Positions 54,981-64,000 of a DNA stretch of 64,000 nt are shown here, piece by piece. This stretch comes from a virus (Duplodnaviria > Caudoviricetes), in IMG/VR virus record IMGVR_UViG_3300026116_000040, positions 1,149 through 65,148 of that record, one strand, 5' to 3'. The notes beneath the pieces were generated by a model. That model did not search any database. It was given only the letters and a program-made list of their open reading frames with translations, and was not told the origin of the DNA. The translations under genes were made by a program, and so were the position numbers. The stretch's first letter is position 1. Each line of letters starts with the position of its first letter.

Positions 54981-55361
54981 TTAAATTAATTTTAATGCTT
55001 CTATTATTGCTTTGGTGAGGGCTAAGTAATAATCCGGCAATTCAGACGTGTTAAATGTTTTTAGTTCTTTATTCACCACGTTTACCGTTCCCATAAATTT
55101 AACAACTGGAAAAGATGAATGCTTTACGATTGTTTTGTGATTTACGGAAATAATTATTCTGTGTTTTTCTCTGAACCAATCAATTACTTGTTGGTATAAT
55201 GGGGTAAGCCAAATATCATCTGTCTTTACCTGAAAAGGGCTATTGACAATATTAAATTCTATTTTATTATTTGATTTTTCGTAGGAAGCTAAACACGGCT
55301 CATTAAATCCTTTTTCTTTTAATTGCAAAGCAATCTCGTAAGAAACAAATAGTTTTTCCAT
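54981..55361 (-). CDS. Conserved Bacteroidota-phage protein
   Basis: FVSYEIALQLKEKGFNEPC...PLYQQVIDWFREKH motif. Confidence 0.75.
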   Translation of the reverse strand: MEKLFVSYEIALQLKEKGFNEPCLASYEKSNNKIEFNIVNSPFQVKTDDIWLTPLYQQVIDWFREKHRIIISVNHKTIVKHSSFPVVKFMGTVNVVNKELKTFNTSELPDYYLALTKAIIEALKLI

Positions 55362-55552
55362 GTTAGTTTATTATTATCTACTTATCGTTATTTTAATACA
55401 TTTGTACCCATATTTTTTGCGTAATTTTTCCCATCCGCAGGTATAGTTGTCAATAAAGTATTCGATACAACACTTTCTCTCTTTCCGAATTGTGGAAATC
55501 CTTAACGTTTTCCCGTTTGGCTCCAAAATGCACCATGCTGTTTGTTGTGCGA

Positions 55553-56083
55553 TCATTTCAATAAAAAATAAGTAATTAATGTATCTCCGTTATTAACAGT
55601 GGTCAATATATGATATCTGTTTTTGTGTGTGTAAAAAGTATCCTTTATTATGCAATTAGTTCCGGCCGGCAAATACACTTTTTCTTTTTGCATCAGGAAC
55701 CAATTGAGCCTTTTAGGGTAATGTGCTTTGATCCAAAACGCGTTTAACTCATTTGATCCATCATCTTTAATGGTTCGCATTGTTCCGTCTGGTTTTTCCT
55801 GACAATGATAAGTGTCAAGGGTGCGGCAGGAGCTAAGTAACAAAGCAATTAGTAATATAGGCACATAAGTAGTCGTCCCGCGTCCACCTCTCCCATATTG
55901 TATGATATAGCGAGGTTTTTGTTTGGGCCGCGTAATCCTTTTCTTTAAAACATCCATATAACAATTATCGGGGTTAGTTTCATACTTTTCCTTGGCAGCA
56001 AGCACCCTTTCAAAATGCGCCATATTAAACGATCCTTTTTTGTTCCACCAGTTTTCGATGGATTGAAGTTGTGCGTTGTTCAT
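55553..56083 (-). CDS. Hypothetical protein with internal lipobox-like segment
   Basis: ILLIALLLSSC. Confidence 0.55.
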   Translation of the reverse strand: MNNAQLQSIENWWNKKGSFNMAHFERVLAAKEKYETNPDNCYMDVLKKRITRPKQKPRYIIQYGRGGRGTTTYVPILLIALLLSSCRTLDTYHCQEKPDGTMRTIKDDGSNELNAFWIKAHYPKRLNWFLMQKEKVYLPAGTNCIIKDTFYTHKNRYHILTTVNNGDTLITYFLLK

Positions 56084-56095
56084 GGTTGTTTATTT

Positions 56096-57268
56096 TTAAT
56101 TATTAAAATACTTTTTACTAGTCCCATTATCATAAAAATAAATTAAGATACCTTTATCTGTAGTTTGGGCATCCTGTCCAAACATGTTTATGATTTTAAT
56201 AACTGATGGTTCTTTTGTGTCTAAAATAGCGACACTAACCACGTTGAACGTTTCGTTTTTACCATCATAATCAGTTTGTTTCAATCTATAATAGTAAATT
56301 CCTGGTTTAATATTGTCATCATTGAATGTATAAGCAAGTTTCACTACACTATTTCCATTTACAGCTTTAGAACCAATTTGACTTACTGTATTAAAATCAA
56401 CACCATCAGTTGATCGCTCAATCGTAAAATAGTTGTTGTTTATTTCGGAGGCCGTTGACCAGATTACATTAACACTGCCATTGTTGTGTACTGCATCAAA
56501 ACTTAATAGCTCTATTGGTAATGGCGGCTGTAATACATAGGTTATTTTAACTTGACCGTTTGCTCCACTACCACCACCCCTACATTGTCCACCATTCCAA
56601 TAACCTCCAGCCCCTCCGCCACCTATTACAATTCCACTACCAGCTGACCCAAAAGTGTTACCGTTTCCACCATTGCCTCCCGCACCACCGCCAGTTCCTA
56701 TAATACCGCCAGTACCGCCTCCGGTAGAAAGACCATTCCCTCCATTCCCTCCGCTTCCGGCACCACCACCACCACTACCCGCTCTTGAGGCGGTTGGTGT
56801 AAATCCACTGCCACCATTAAAGAATGTAGTTCCTATATTTGAAGCGGTAGAAGAAACACCTGCTGCTGCAAAGATTGCTGATGTAGAAGAGGTTCCTGCT
56901 TGCCCGCCAGTCGCCATTACTAATGTAGTTGATGGTGATTTGAATAAAGAGGCCCCGCCATTAACTGCTAACGAAGTTGCAACACAAGCAGCTTGCTGCC
57001 CGCCTGTCCCTCCGGCACCTACAACTATAGTATATGTTATTCCGGCTGCTAAGGTAATAACCGACTTGGAGTAAGTCCCACCGCTACCTCCGCCAGCTCC
57101 TCCGCCCGACACTGTTGAGTAGCCGCCACCTCCGCCTGCGCCCCAACATTCTATTGTTGCCGTTGCCGTACCTGATACTGTGAATGTACCTGTCGATGTA
57201 TATGTTACTGTTTGAGCTAAAAGTATATTTGATATAAGAATAGCTATTATGACCGTTATTTTTTTCAT
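56096..57268 (-). CDS. Secreted Gly-rich protein with T9SS-type C-terminal domains
   Basis: Signal peptide ending LLA|Q; ECWGAGGGGG Gly-rich domain; PLPIELLSF...WSTASEINNNYFTIERS...YYRLKQTDYDG; IINMFGQ...GILI...KK tail. Confidence 0.8.
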   Translation of the reverse strand: MKKITVIIAILISNILLAQTVTYTSTGTFTVSGTATATIECWGAGGGGGYSTVSGGGAGGGSGGTYSKSVITLAAGITYTIVVGAGGTGGQQAACVATSLAVNGGASLFKSPSTTLVMATGGQAGTSSTSAIFAAAGVSSTASNIGTTFFNGGSGFTPTASRAGSGGGGAGSGGNGGNGLSTGGGTGGIIGTGGGAGGNGGNGNTFGSAGSGIVIGGGGAGGYWNGGQCRGGGSGANGQVKITYVLQPPLPIELLSFDAVHNNGSVNVIWSTASEINNNYFTIERSTDGVDFNTVSQIGSKAVNGNSVVKLAYTFNDDNIKPGIYYYRLKQTDYDGKNETFNVVSVAILDTKEPSVIKIINMFGQDAQTTDKGILIYFYDNGTSKKYFNN

Positions 57269-57621
57269 GATATTTATTATTTAGTTATCTCTTTGTCATT
57301 CATATCGTAAACCTTATACCCTAAATCTAAGTACTTTTTTATTTTCGTTTTCTTATTAAAGGTCTCCCCTTCTTTTGAAAGAACGGTTATCTTACCCTTG
57401 GTGACACCTTTTTTAGATATTTGAAATTCTTTTTTCATAATTGTGCGGTTTTAAATTGTTTTGCTTATTCTAACGAGACAAACTTACACAAAGTTTCAAT
57501 GTGTAAACTATTTTTTACAAAATCTTTTTCAACAGTCAATTGTTAATAACTTTTATTGTAAATTATTGTTTACGGTAAATAAATAATGCGTAGGTTTGCC
57601 TCAGATAATAATAAAGCGGAT

Positions 57622-58008
57622 ATGGATTACAGTATACTAATAAAAGAAGGACTTAAAAAGAACAAGATAAGCATTGTTAAGGCTTCATCTTGGCTCAATA
57701 TAACAAGGCAAGGATTCTACAAAAAATTAACCTCTGGCAATTTCTTCGTTCACGAGATGGATATTTTAATTGAGAAGGGAGTTTTATCAAAAAGGACTAA
57801 ACAGAAAAAGGGGTTCGCAGTTGGTCAGCAGGTAGAATGCACTTTGAAAGATGCGGTATGGACAGATAATAATAATGTCGCTATCAGCGGTCCGGCATAT
57901 AAAGAAGTGTGTACCATTACAGATGTTGATAAAAACGGCGATATTTTATTGAAAGAGTACCCTATAAACGAAGGTTTTTGGGCTGGAGCATTTAAACTTA
58001 AAAAATAA
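57622..58008 (+). CDS. Cro/CI-like HTH protein
   Basis: ISIVKASSWLNITRQGFYKKL; divergent promoter region upstream. Confidence 0.6.
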   Translation: MDYSILIKEGLKKNKISIVKASSWLNITRQGFYKKLTSGNFFVHEMDILIEKGVLSKRTKQKKGFAVGQQVECTLKDAVWTDNNNVAISGPAYKEVCTITDVDKNGDILLKEYPINEGFWAGAFKLKK

Positions 58009-58010
58009 TT

Positions 58011-58364
58011 ATGGAAAAACAAAATATTGCACCATTTTACATCGGTCAAAAGGTTGTGTATATTACTGGAAACAATATGCCAAAAGGGACAATAGATGTC
58101 GTTGCCGATATAAAACAAGATCTTTGTGGGTGCTGGTTCATATCGCTCAGCAAAAATAAATCAAGCTTAGTTAGAGAGACAAACCCTTTGGCGTCTATTA
58201 TTCAATGTGGCACGTGTCACAAAATGTTCGGTCGTGAAGGGTGGGTGAAGCTTGATTATTACTGGCTAGCTTCCTCCTTCCGCCCCGTTCAAGAACAAAC
58301 CTTTCCATTAATAACCTATGAAAAGGTGATGGAGAAAGAAAAACAATTGATAAGTGCTAACTAA
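58011..58364 (+). CDS. Hypothetical Cys-containing protein
   Basis: PFYIGQKVV...CGC...CGTC. Confidence 0.6.
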   Translation: MEKQNIAPFYIGQKVVYITGNNMPKGTIDVVADIKQDLCGCWFISLSKNKSSLVRETNPLASIIQCGTCHKMFGREGWVKLDYYWLASSFRPVQEQTFPLITYEKVMEKEKQLISAN

Positions 58365-58378
58365 AAAATAATTTATAC

Positions 58379-59218
58379 ATGTCAACAGAAAACACAACAA
58401 TCACTCTTTTAAAGCAGCAGCAGTCAACTTTAGAGGCAATAATCAGGATTAATGTTCCGCAAAAAGATGATGCGGCAGCAATAGCTATTCAGGAGTTAGA
58501 GTTCCTTTCCATGCACATGATAGCAAAGCCTTTCATTGCAGAGTGTATTCAAGAAACGGTTATTCATGCTGTTAAATATTCCTTAAAGAATAATCTTTCT
58601 TTGGACCCGAACGCAGGATTGGTTTACTTGACTCCCGTGTCTGTAAAAACAGGGAAAGATGCCAATGGAAGAGATATTTACAAAACAGCTTTGGAAATAA
58701 AACCTACAGCAGATGGAAAATTAAGTATTGCTTATCAGTGTGGAACTATCTTGGATCACGAACGTCCGGTTGTAAAAAAGGATGGATCAGGAAAAGTTGT
58801 TAGTGTATCGGTTAAGATACTACTACCATCCGTACCGTCACCAAGGTGGGAAATGGTGGAGATAGACCAGTCTGATTTTGACCGGCTGCGTAAATATTCT
58901 CACCTTAAAAATGCTCGCGGGAAAAACGATGCGAATATAGAAAAGTTAAATTATGCTAATCCGCTATACACTAGCTTCAACGGAGGTGTAGATCCTGAAT
59001 TTGCACGTAGCAAGGTGGTTTCTACTGCATTAAAGAAAAGGGGAACCAATATGGCTTCGCGTTTGTCGGAAAGGATTGTGACGGCGCAGACTAAAGAGGT
59101 AATGCCAGACATACAGGAAAATAAAAAACAGGAAACTGAATACGCCGAGGTAATTGAGAGCAAAACGAATGAGCCAACGGCGAATACGGTAGAAATGCCT
59201 AATGTGGAGGATTTGTAA
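58379..59218 (+). CDS. recT: RecT/Redbeta-like single-strand annealing protein
   Basis: LSLDPNAGLVYLTP...DGKLSIA; RecE-like nuclease and SSB in the same operon. Confidence 0.65.
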   Translation: MSTENTTITLLKQQQSTLEAIIRINVPQKDDAAAIAIQELEFLSMHMIAKPFIAECIQETVIHAVKYSLKNNLSLDPNAGLVYLTPVSVKTGKDANGRDIYKTALEIKPTADGKLSIAYQCGTILDHERPVVKKDGSGKVVSVSVKILLPSVPSPRWEMVEIDQSDFDRLRKYSHLKNARGKNDANIEKLNYANPLYTSFNGGVDPEFARSKVVSTALKKRGTNMASRLSERIVTAQTKEVMPDIQENKKQETEYAEVIESKTNEPTANTVEMPNVEDL

Positions 59219-59688
59219 TGGACACAACAAAACTTAGTCAAATCGCAAACGAAATACTGGAGGCTAATCCCGAAGGAATACTTTCTGGCTCTTTAGCTTT
59301 ACACAAACAAGGCTTTAAAATTCGTCGTGAGCCTCAAGATATTGATATTTTTATGCCTTACGGATCTAAATTTATTCCAATAGAAGGGATGGTTAAATAC
59401 AATAGAGGTAACGATGGGGGATATGATGATGAAGATTACGAAAGGGTTACTTATAAGTGGACAGAAAAAGCGCAAGATGTGCCCGCCTTCCTTTTGGATG
59501 AAACACTTATAGATATTTTAACTTCCGTAAATGAAGATTTCCCAACATTAAAAATAAGCGAAAAAGGCAATTATGTTTCTTTTGAAGAGATATTAAAGTT
59601 TAAAATAGCTCATTCGTTTGGAGAAAGGCTAACAGGACAATTAAAGCATAAACACGATATTATACATATGTTAATTAACAATTATTAA
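59218..59688 (+). CDS. Nucleotidyltransferase-like protein
   Basis: LSGSLAL...RREPQDIDI...KHKHD. Confidence 0.65.
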   Translation: MDTTKLSQIANEILEANPEGILSGSLALHKQGFKIRREPQDIDIFMPYGSKFIPIEGMVKYNRGNDGGYDDEDYERVTYKWTEKAQDVPAFLLDETLIDILTSVNEDFPTLKISEKGNYVSFEEILKFKIAHSFGERLTGQLKHKHDIIHMLINNY

Positions 59689-59695
59689 AAACAAC

Positions 59696-60187
59696 ATGAC
59701 TAGAATAACAAAAGAAATCGCCCAAGAGGTCGCCACAAGGATGACTGAAAAGAAAAAAATGGAAATAGACGTTTTAGATAAAAAACTGAAAGATTGTGTC
59801 CACAAATACGTCCTGAAACAGATACCAAAGTCTGTTTTGGCATGCTTTAAAAATAATAAAGGCTACTTTAATACGCGTAGTAGTTTTCAGTTTGTGGGGA
59901 ACGGATTTAATTTTGAGTCTTACTATGTTAATAGCGATTTACCGTACAATAAATACCAATTATCGCCAGATGTTGAAACAGCCAAAGCTATATTGCAGAT
60001 AAAACACGAGAAGGATAAAAAGAATGTTGAGCGAAATAGTTTAAGGAGTGAAATCGAAATCGCTCTTTATAATTTAAAAACCTATAATGCCGTTGAAAAA
60101 GAGTTTCCTGAAGCTTTTAAGTTATTACCAAAAAGAATAACGCAAGCCCTCACAATAAATATAAAATCAATTAGAGAAAAACTTTAA
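59696..60187 (+). CDS. Nmad5-like protein
   Basis: RITKEI...LYNLKTY..VEKEFPEA...LP pattern. Confidence 0.55.
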   Translation: MTRITKEIAQEVATRMTEKKKMEIDVLDKKLKDCVHKYVLKQIPKSVLACFKNNKGYFNTRSSFQFVGNGFNFESYYVNSDLPYNKYQLSPDVETAKAILQIKHEKDKKNVERNSLRSEIEIALYNLKTYNAVEKEFPEAFKLLPKRITQALTINIKSIREKL

Positions 60188-60190
60188 TTT

Positions 60191-61294
60191 ATGGAAACAC
60201 AACTAACAACAACCCCCGCCAGCACAAACAATGACGTTGTACAAAAAAAGCGCAAATCTTGGGCTGATTTAGGCGAAGCAACGCACAATCTGGATTTAAA
60301 ATTACAGGCGATGGCGCAGTCGGCTTTAAACGATATTGCCGTATTGCCAACAACCATAACCGACATTCCACTAGCAGAACAAAAGTTGAAGGATGTAAAG
60401 CGAAAGTTTGTGGAAATAAAAACGGAACGAATGACAGTAACCAGCAAATTGGAAATTATCAAAGACCGGTTAATGCTTTCCGAAGAATCCGGCTCTGCTC
60501 CTGTCGCTGCTTACGAAAAAACAATCATTGCTATTAAAAAGGCGGACGAGGAAGTGAAAAAACAGGATAAGTTAAAAGCTGATAATGTTAAAGCATGCAG
60601 GGAATATTTGGCAAAATACAAAGCAGATAAAATAGCAGTGTTTAACAAAAGCATATTAGATGCTGTTGGTGCTAAATACACTTTTGCGCTAGGAGACGGT
60701 AACATAACAACAGAGGGGCTCGAACAATACATTACCCAACAGTTGTCTAAAGCCACTTTAGCTCATTTTACCATACTTGCTCCCATAAGATCGTTCGAGC
60801 ACATTAGTAATATTGAATTTAAAGCACTATGCGATGAGCTGATAACCAACGACCCTACATCTTTTTTAAAAGAATACGAGCGTTTATTGCGCCATAAATT
60901 CTCCGACTACGAAATAGCCCTAAACAATAAAGTGCAGGCTTTGGAAAACGATAGGATAGAAAAAGAGTTGGCGGATAAGAAGGCTGCCGAGGAGAAACAG
61001 AACGCCGAAATTGCTGCCCAATTAGCCTCTGTTGCTGTTACGCCGGTTGTCGATTCGGGTATTAGAAAGTTGAAATCCGAATACAAAATAGACATGGAAG
61101 AAACATTGGAGAATAGTGTTATTGTAATGACCGCTTTTGTTGCTAATATTGCGGCGATAAGACCAATGTTGAAAGTTAACAAATTCGATTCCTTTAATAT
61201 CGGCCAAATGAAAACTTATCTGTGCAAGATCAAAACAATGGACGAAGAGTTTAGCTATACCGGTATTGTATTTAAAACAATTGATAAATTATAA
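60191..61294 (+). CDS. Coiled-coil phage protein
   Basis: Long helical ORF in the recombination operon. Confidence 0.7.
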   Translation: METQLTTTPASTNNDVVQKKRKSWADLGEATHNLDLKLQAMAQSALNDIAVLPTTITDIPLAEQKLKDVKRKFVEIKTERMTVTSKLEIIKDRLMLSEESGSAPVAAYEKTIIAIKKADEEVKKQDKLKADNVKACREYLAKYKADKIAVFNKSILDAVGAKYTFALGDGNITTEGLEQYITQQLSKATLAHFTILAPIRSFEHISNIEFKALCDELITNDPTSFLKEYERLLRHKFSDYEIALNNKVQALENDRIEKELADKKAAEEKQNAEIAAQLASVAVTPVVDSGIRKLKSEYKIDMEETLENSVIVMTAFVANIAAIRPMLKVNKFDSFNIGQMKTYLCKIKTMDEEFSYTGIVFKTIDKL

Positions 61295-61310
61295 AATAAA
61301 TAAAAACAAC

Positions 61311-61805
61311 ATGAAAAAGAGACAGCCAATTACAAGCCAAACGCTAAGAAAACGAGCGCAAAAAAAGAAAACACCAAAAACGTCTTACGAAAAGTTAAAG
61401 GCAGAAATAGAAAAGTTGATTAAGGAGAAGTCTTTAACAGCCACAAAAATTGATAACTTAAAGGCTGAAAACACTGCCCTGAAAAAAGACTGTAATCATT
61501 TGGTAGATGAAAGCGTTGAGTTGAAATCAGCTTTGGACATCTCTCTGGAGGAAGCTGACAAATTAAAATATCAACTATCGGTTTATGAAGAGCGTGAAAA
61601 AGCGCAGGCAGAAGAGTTGATGGTAAAAGAAGAAGAGTCTTTTGGTATAGCTGACGCCAAATCCTTAAAAGGTAAGCTAACCAAGCTGCAACAAGAAAAA
61701 GAATCCGCTATCCGTAAATTTGATGACGAAATAGAGGTTGCCAACTTGCAGATTAAAGAATACATCGTAAATTTGGACAATGAAAAAAATATCTTAACTA
61801 ATTAA
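61311..61805 (+). CDS. Coiled-coil protein
   Basis: Likely start MKKRQ at 61311. Confidence 0.65.
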   Translation: MKKRQPITSQTLRKRAQKKKTPKTSYEKLKAEIEKLIKEKSLTATKIDNLKAENTALKKDCNHLVDESVELKSALDISLEEADKLKYQLSVYEEREKAQAEELMVKEEESFGIADAKSLKGKLTKLQQEKESAIRKFDDEIEVANLQIKEYIVNLDNEKNILTN

Positions 61806-61812
61806 TAAAAAA

Positions 61813-62166
61813 ATGTCAGACGTACAAGGAACAATAAAGGTAATCGGAGAAACACAGGTTGTTTCCGAGAAGTTTTCAAAAAGAGAATTTGTGTTAACAA
61901 CCGGAGAGCAATATCCACAACATTTGCCAATGCAATTAACTCAGGCGAAGTGTGATTTATTGGATGGGTTTAAAATTGGAGACGAAATAAAGGTTTACTA
62001 TAACCTTCGTGGTAGAGAGTGGACAAATAAAGAAGGAAAGGTTCAGTATTTTGGGACTACAGAGGTTTGGAAAATTGAAAAGATTGGATCGCATACGGAA
62101 ACGAATGTGAGTGATGGAGCGCAAGCTCCCACAACAGGAGTAGAGGAAGATTCGCTCCCATTTTAA
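61813..62166 (+). CDS. DUF3127 family SSB-like protein
   Basis: FSKREFVL...YPQ...NLRGREW...WKIE; acidic DSLPF tail. Confidence 0.85.
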   Translation: MSDVQGTIKVIGETQVVSEKFSKREFVLTTGEQYPQHLPMQLTQAKCDLLDGFKIGDEIKVYYNLRGREWTNKEGKVQYFGTTEVWKIEKIGSHTETNVSDGAQAPTTGVEEDSLPF

Positions 62167-62294
62167 CCTATAAAACCGCCAAAGTTGTGGTAGTGAGGCG
62201 GACTGATAAATATACCAACGAAAGGAGGGAGATGTTGATTCAGTTATGGCATAAGGGGCACAACATAGTCGACTATCCTTTATGCTTACTTTAC

Positions 62295-62851
62295 AAAAAC
62301 AGTTCTTTGAAATAACATACCAAGGCTCATAACACTTTAAGGTGGTAACTCTGGAGTAAAAAATTAGATTTGAAATACTAGTTAAAGTCAAATTTTAAAA
62401 GTATTACGAGATAGAGAAAAATAAACTTTACAACTTTGAGCCGAGGTGCCATATTACAGGCTAAACATTGATCCTGATGTAAAAGAAATAGGTATTGCGT
62501 CTATGCAAGTTAGTAGGAGATTCCAGTAAAGGGTGGAATAGAATTGAGCACAGTATCAACCTATAATACGGAATTTACATAAAGATACTAATCCTGAATT
62601 TATGGGGTGTTAAGTAACGTCCGCCCTTACAGGCATAAATGTAAGACTTAACGGAGAAATCCTAGATGTGTTGTTCCCTTGAGAAAGGAATGAATAATAA
62701 GAGGATATTATTTCCTACAACACAAATGAGTTCTCAGCAAGTGGTTAAGTTTGAAAGTAAAACCTGAAATAGCAGGTTACTTCTTAATCATGTGACCCTA
62801 CAAGTTAACCATAAGCAAATCAAAGTTAAAGATTTGGCTGATAAGGGTGCT
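62295..62851 (+). ncRNA. Candidate large structured non-coding RNA
   Basis: ORF-free; boxA-like GTTCTTTGAA at the 5' end; many nested stems and a possible pseudoknot. Confidence 0.55.
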
Positions 62852-62868
62852 AAAAAAATAAATTAGAA

Positions 62869-63132
62869 ATGAAAATAACTTACATTGTAATTCTACTTGC
62901 GTTTATATCGTGCAGAGACTCGCAAGAGAACGAAAAAACTATAAAAATAGGCGACACGTATTTGCACTCATACCAATGGGATGTAGAGAACCCTTTTGAT
63001 CGCCTAGAGATAGACACGGTTGAGGTTATTGATATAAAGGGCAAATATGTTCAGTTTAAGTTAAATTCTGGACAGGTAGTATCCCGTAAATTATGTTATT
63101 TCAAAGAAGATATTAGACCTTTTAATAATTAA
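62869..63132 (+). CDS. Putative lipoprotein
   Basis: MKITYIVILLAFISC lipobox. Confidence 0.65.
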   Translation: MKITYIVILLAFISCRDSQENEKTIKIGDTYLHSYQWDVENPFDRLEIDTVEVIDIKGKYVQFKLNSGQVVSRKLCYFKEDIRPFNN

Positions 63133-63134
63133 GC

Positions 63135-63431
63135 ATGAAAACCCGAATAAAAATTATCGAGAAGAACAATGGCGAAAAGACGTTTGTGGCTCAGGCAAAG
63201 AGTCAGTGGAACGATTTTGACATTGAAATGAAAATGCGCATAATGTTAATTCCCTTTTTTGGTTGGCTCTTAGGCTTAACTGTGCTTTCATATTATGACG
63301 ACTTGAGCACACACAACTCTCTTTTAGATGCCCAAAAAGAAATCGACGATATGTTGCAAGAACAAAAGCGTAATAGAGAGAAAGAGCTCGGCGATAAAAC
63401 AAAATCAACAACATATTTGAAATACCCGTGA
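63135..63431 (+). CDS. Small membrane protein
   Basis: LIPFFGWLLGL TM. Confidence 0.6.
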   Translation: MKTRIKIIEKNNGEKTFVAQAKSQWNDFDIEMKMRIMLIPFFGWLLGLTVLSYYDDLSTHNSLLDAQKEIDDMLQEQKRNREKELGDKTKSTTYLKYP

Positions 63432-64000
63432 ACATCACCTACACCAACATACAACGCTACGACAATCTAGAGTTTGAGGAATATTTAAAATTACCAGGCT
63501 TTAGCCATTCATTTTTAAAGCACGCAAAAAACGGCATTAAATCCGACATTACAGTAACCGACAAAATGCGAGTAGGCAGTATGGTTGACGCTATATTAAC
63601 GGAGCCGCATAAAGCAAATATGGCTAATCCGATTTATCCATACTGTAAAGACATTGCGTTTAATGTAAAAGAAAAGTTCGGTACACTTATACAACATTTT
63701 CAAAAGCAGATCAGCTATACGGCGACGGTTCAATACAATGTCTTTGAAATGCCAACGACCGGCAGATTGGATTTCCTTTTACCTGGTCACGCAGTAATTG
63801 ATTTGAAGATAACCGATAGCAAAGATATTCCGGCGTTGATAGAGTTTATGGGGTATAAAAATCAAGGCTGGCATTATTGTAAATTGGCTGGGGTAAATAA
63901 ATTTTATTTGATGGTTTATTGTATTCCGAAAAAGAAAACGTTTCTTTACGAATTTGATTGTAGCGATGGATACAATACATTTTGGGCCAACAAGGTGATG
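63428..64000 (+). CDS. PD-(D/E)XK exonuclease, RecE/DUF3799-like (runs off the window end)
   Basis: EEYLKLPGFSHSFLK...MRVGSMVDAILTEP...GRLDF...VIDLKIT...YKNQGWHY. Confidence 0.75.
   Translation, partial: MNITYTNIQRYDNLEFEEYLKLPGFSHSFLKHAKNGIKSDITVTDKMRVGSMVDAILTEPHKANMANPIYPYCKDIAFNVKEKFGTLIQHFQKQISYTATVQYNVFEMPTTGRLDFLLPGHAVIDLKITDSKDIPALIEFMGYKNQGWHYCKLAGVNKFYLMVYCIPKKKTFLYEFDCSDGYNTFWANKVM

Noticed and set aside
56655-57074. Pro-rich plus-strand ORF, and similar antisense ORFs over Gly-rich genes
   Set aside because: Reverse-complement artefact of Gly codons
1-64000. Alternative genetic code / stop-codon reassignment
   Set aside because: TAA, TAG and TGA all end conserved genes, coding density is high in code 11, and no suppressor anticodon was found

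Overview
This looks like a 64-kb segment of a large AT-rich virus or provirus of Bacteroidota: it has TAnnTTTG promoters (many leaderless), a DUF3127 SSB and a T9SS-type cargo gene. No terminase, portal, HK97 capsid or tail genes are recognisable in the window. The left 19 kb is a minus-strand virion-type operon. It holds fibre/adhesin proteins, over a dozen small membrane proteins, two paralogous beta-rich capsid candidates, an HExxH protease and a GH19 lysozyme whose membrane anchor lies in the -1 frame. Many of these proteins share an S-x-[AFL]-[DE]-G motif. An A32/P9-like FtsK-HerA ATPase at 26.6-27.5 kb suggests a tailless, membrane-containing virus (inference). The middle carries a large glycosylation/methylation/sulfation gene set (GT11, GT6, GT2, FkbM, cysC, sulfotransferase), three GIY-YIG endonucleases and a TnpB-only IS element. 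The main finding is at 45.3-49.0 kb: 24 tRNA genes covering all 20 amino acids, split into four operons. Each operon starts with promoter, short leader peptide and intrinsic terminator, and each leader is built from the amino acids of that operon's own tRNAs (HQQPQQRRP for Pro/Gln/His/Arg; NFNFDFDN for Asp/Asn/Phe; SYSLSLSYSLS for Leu/Tyr/Ser; a mixed leader for the remaining 12 tRNAs). This points to ribosome-mediated attenuation that senses tRNA shortage. The array also contains a circularly permuted tRNA-like RNA, an attC-like cassette inserted into tRNA-His, and Leu/Tyr tRNAs without long variable arms. The right end has polyvalent-type proteins, RecT/RecE-like genes and a ~550-nt structured intergenic RNA candidate. 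All calls are by eye; no searches or folding programs were run.
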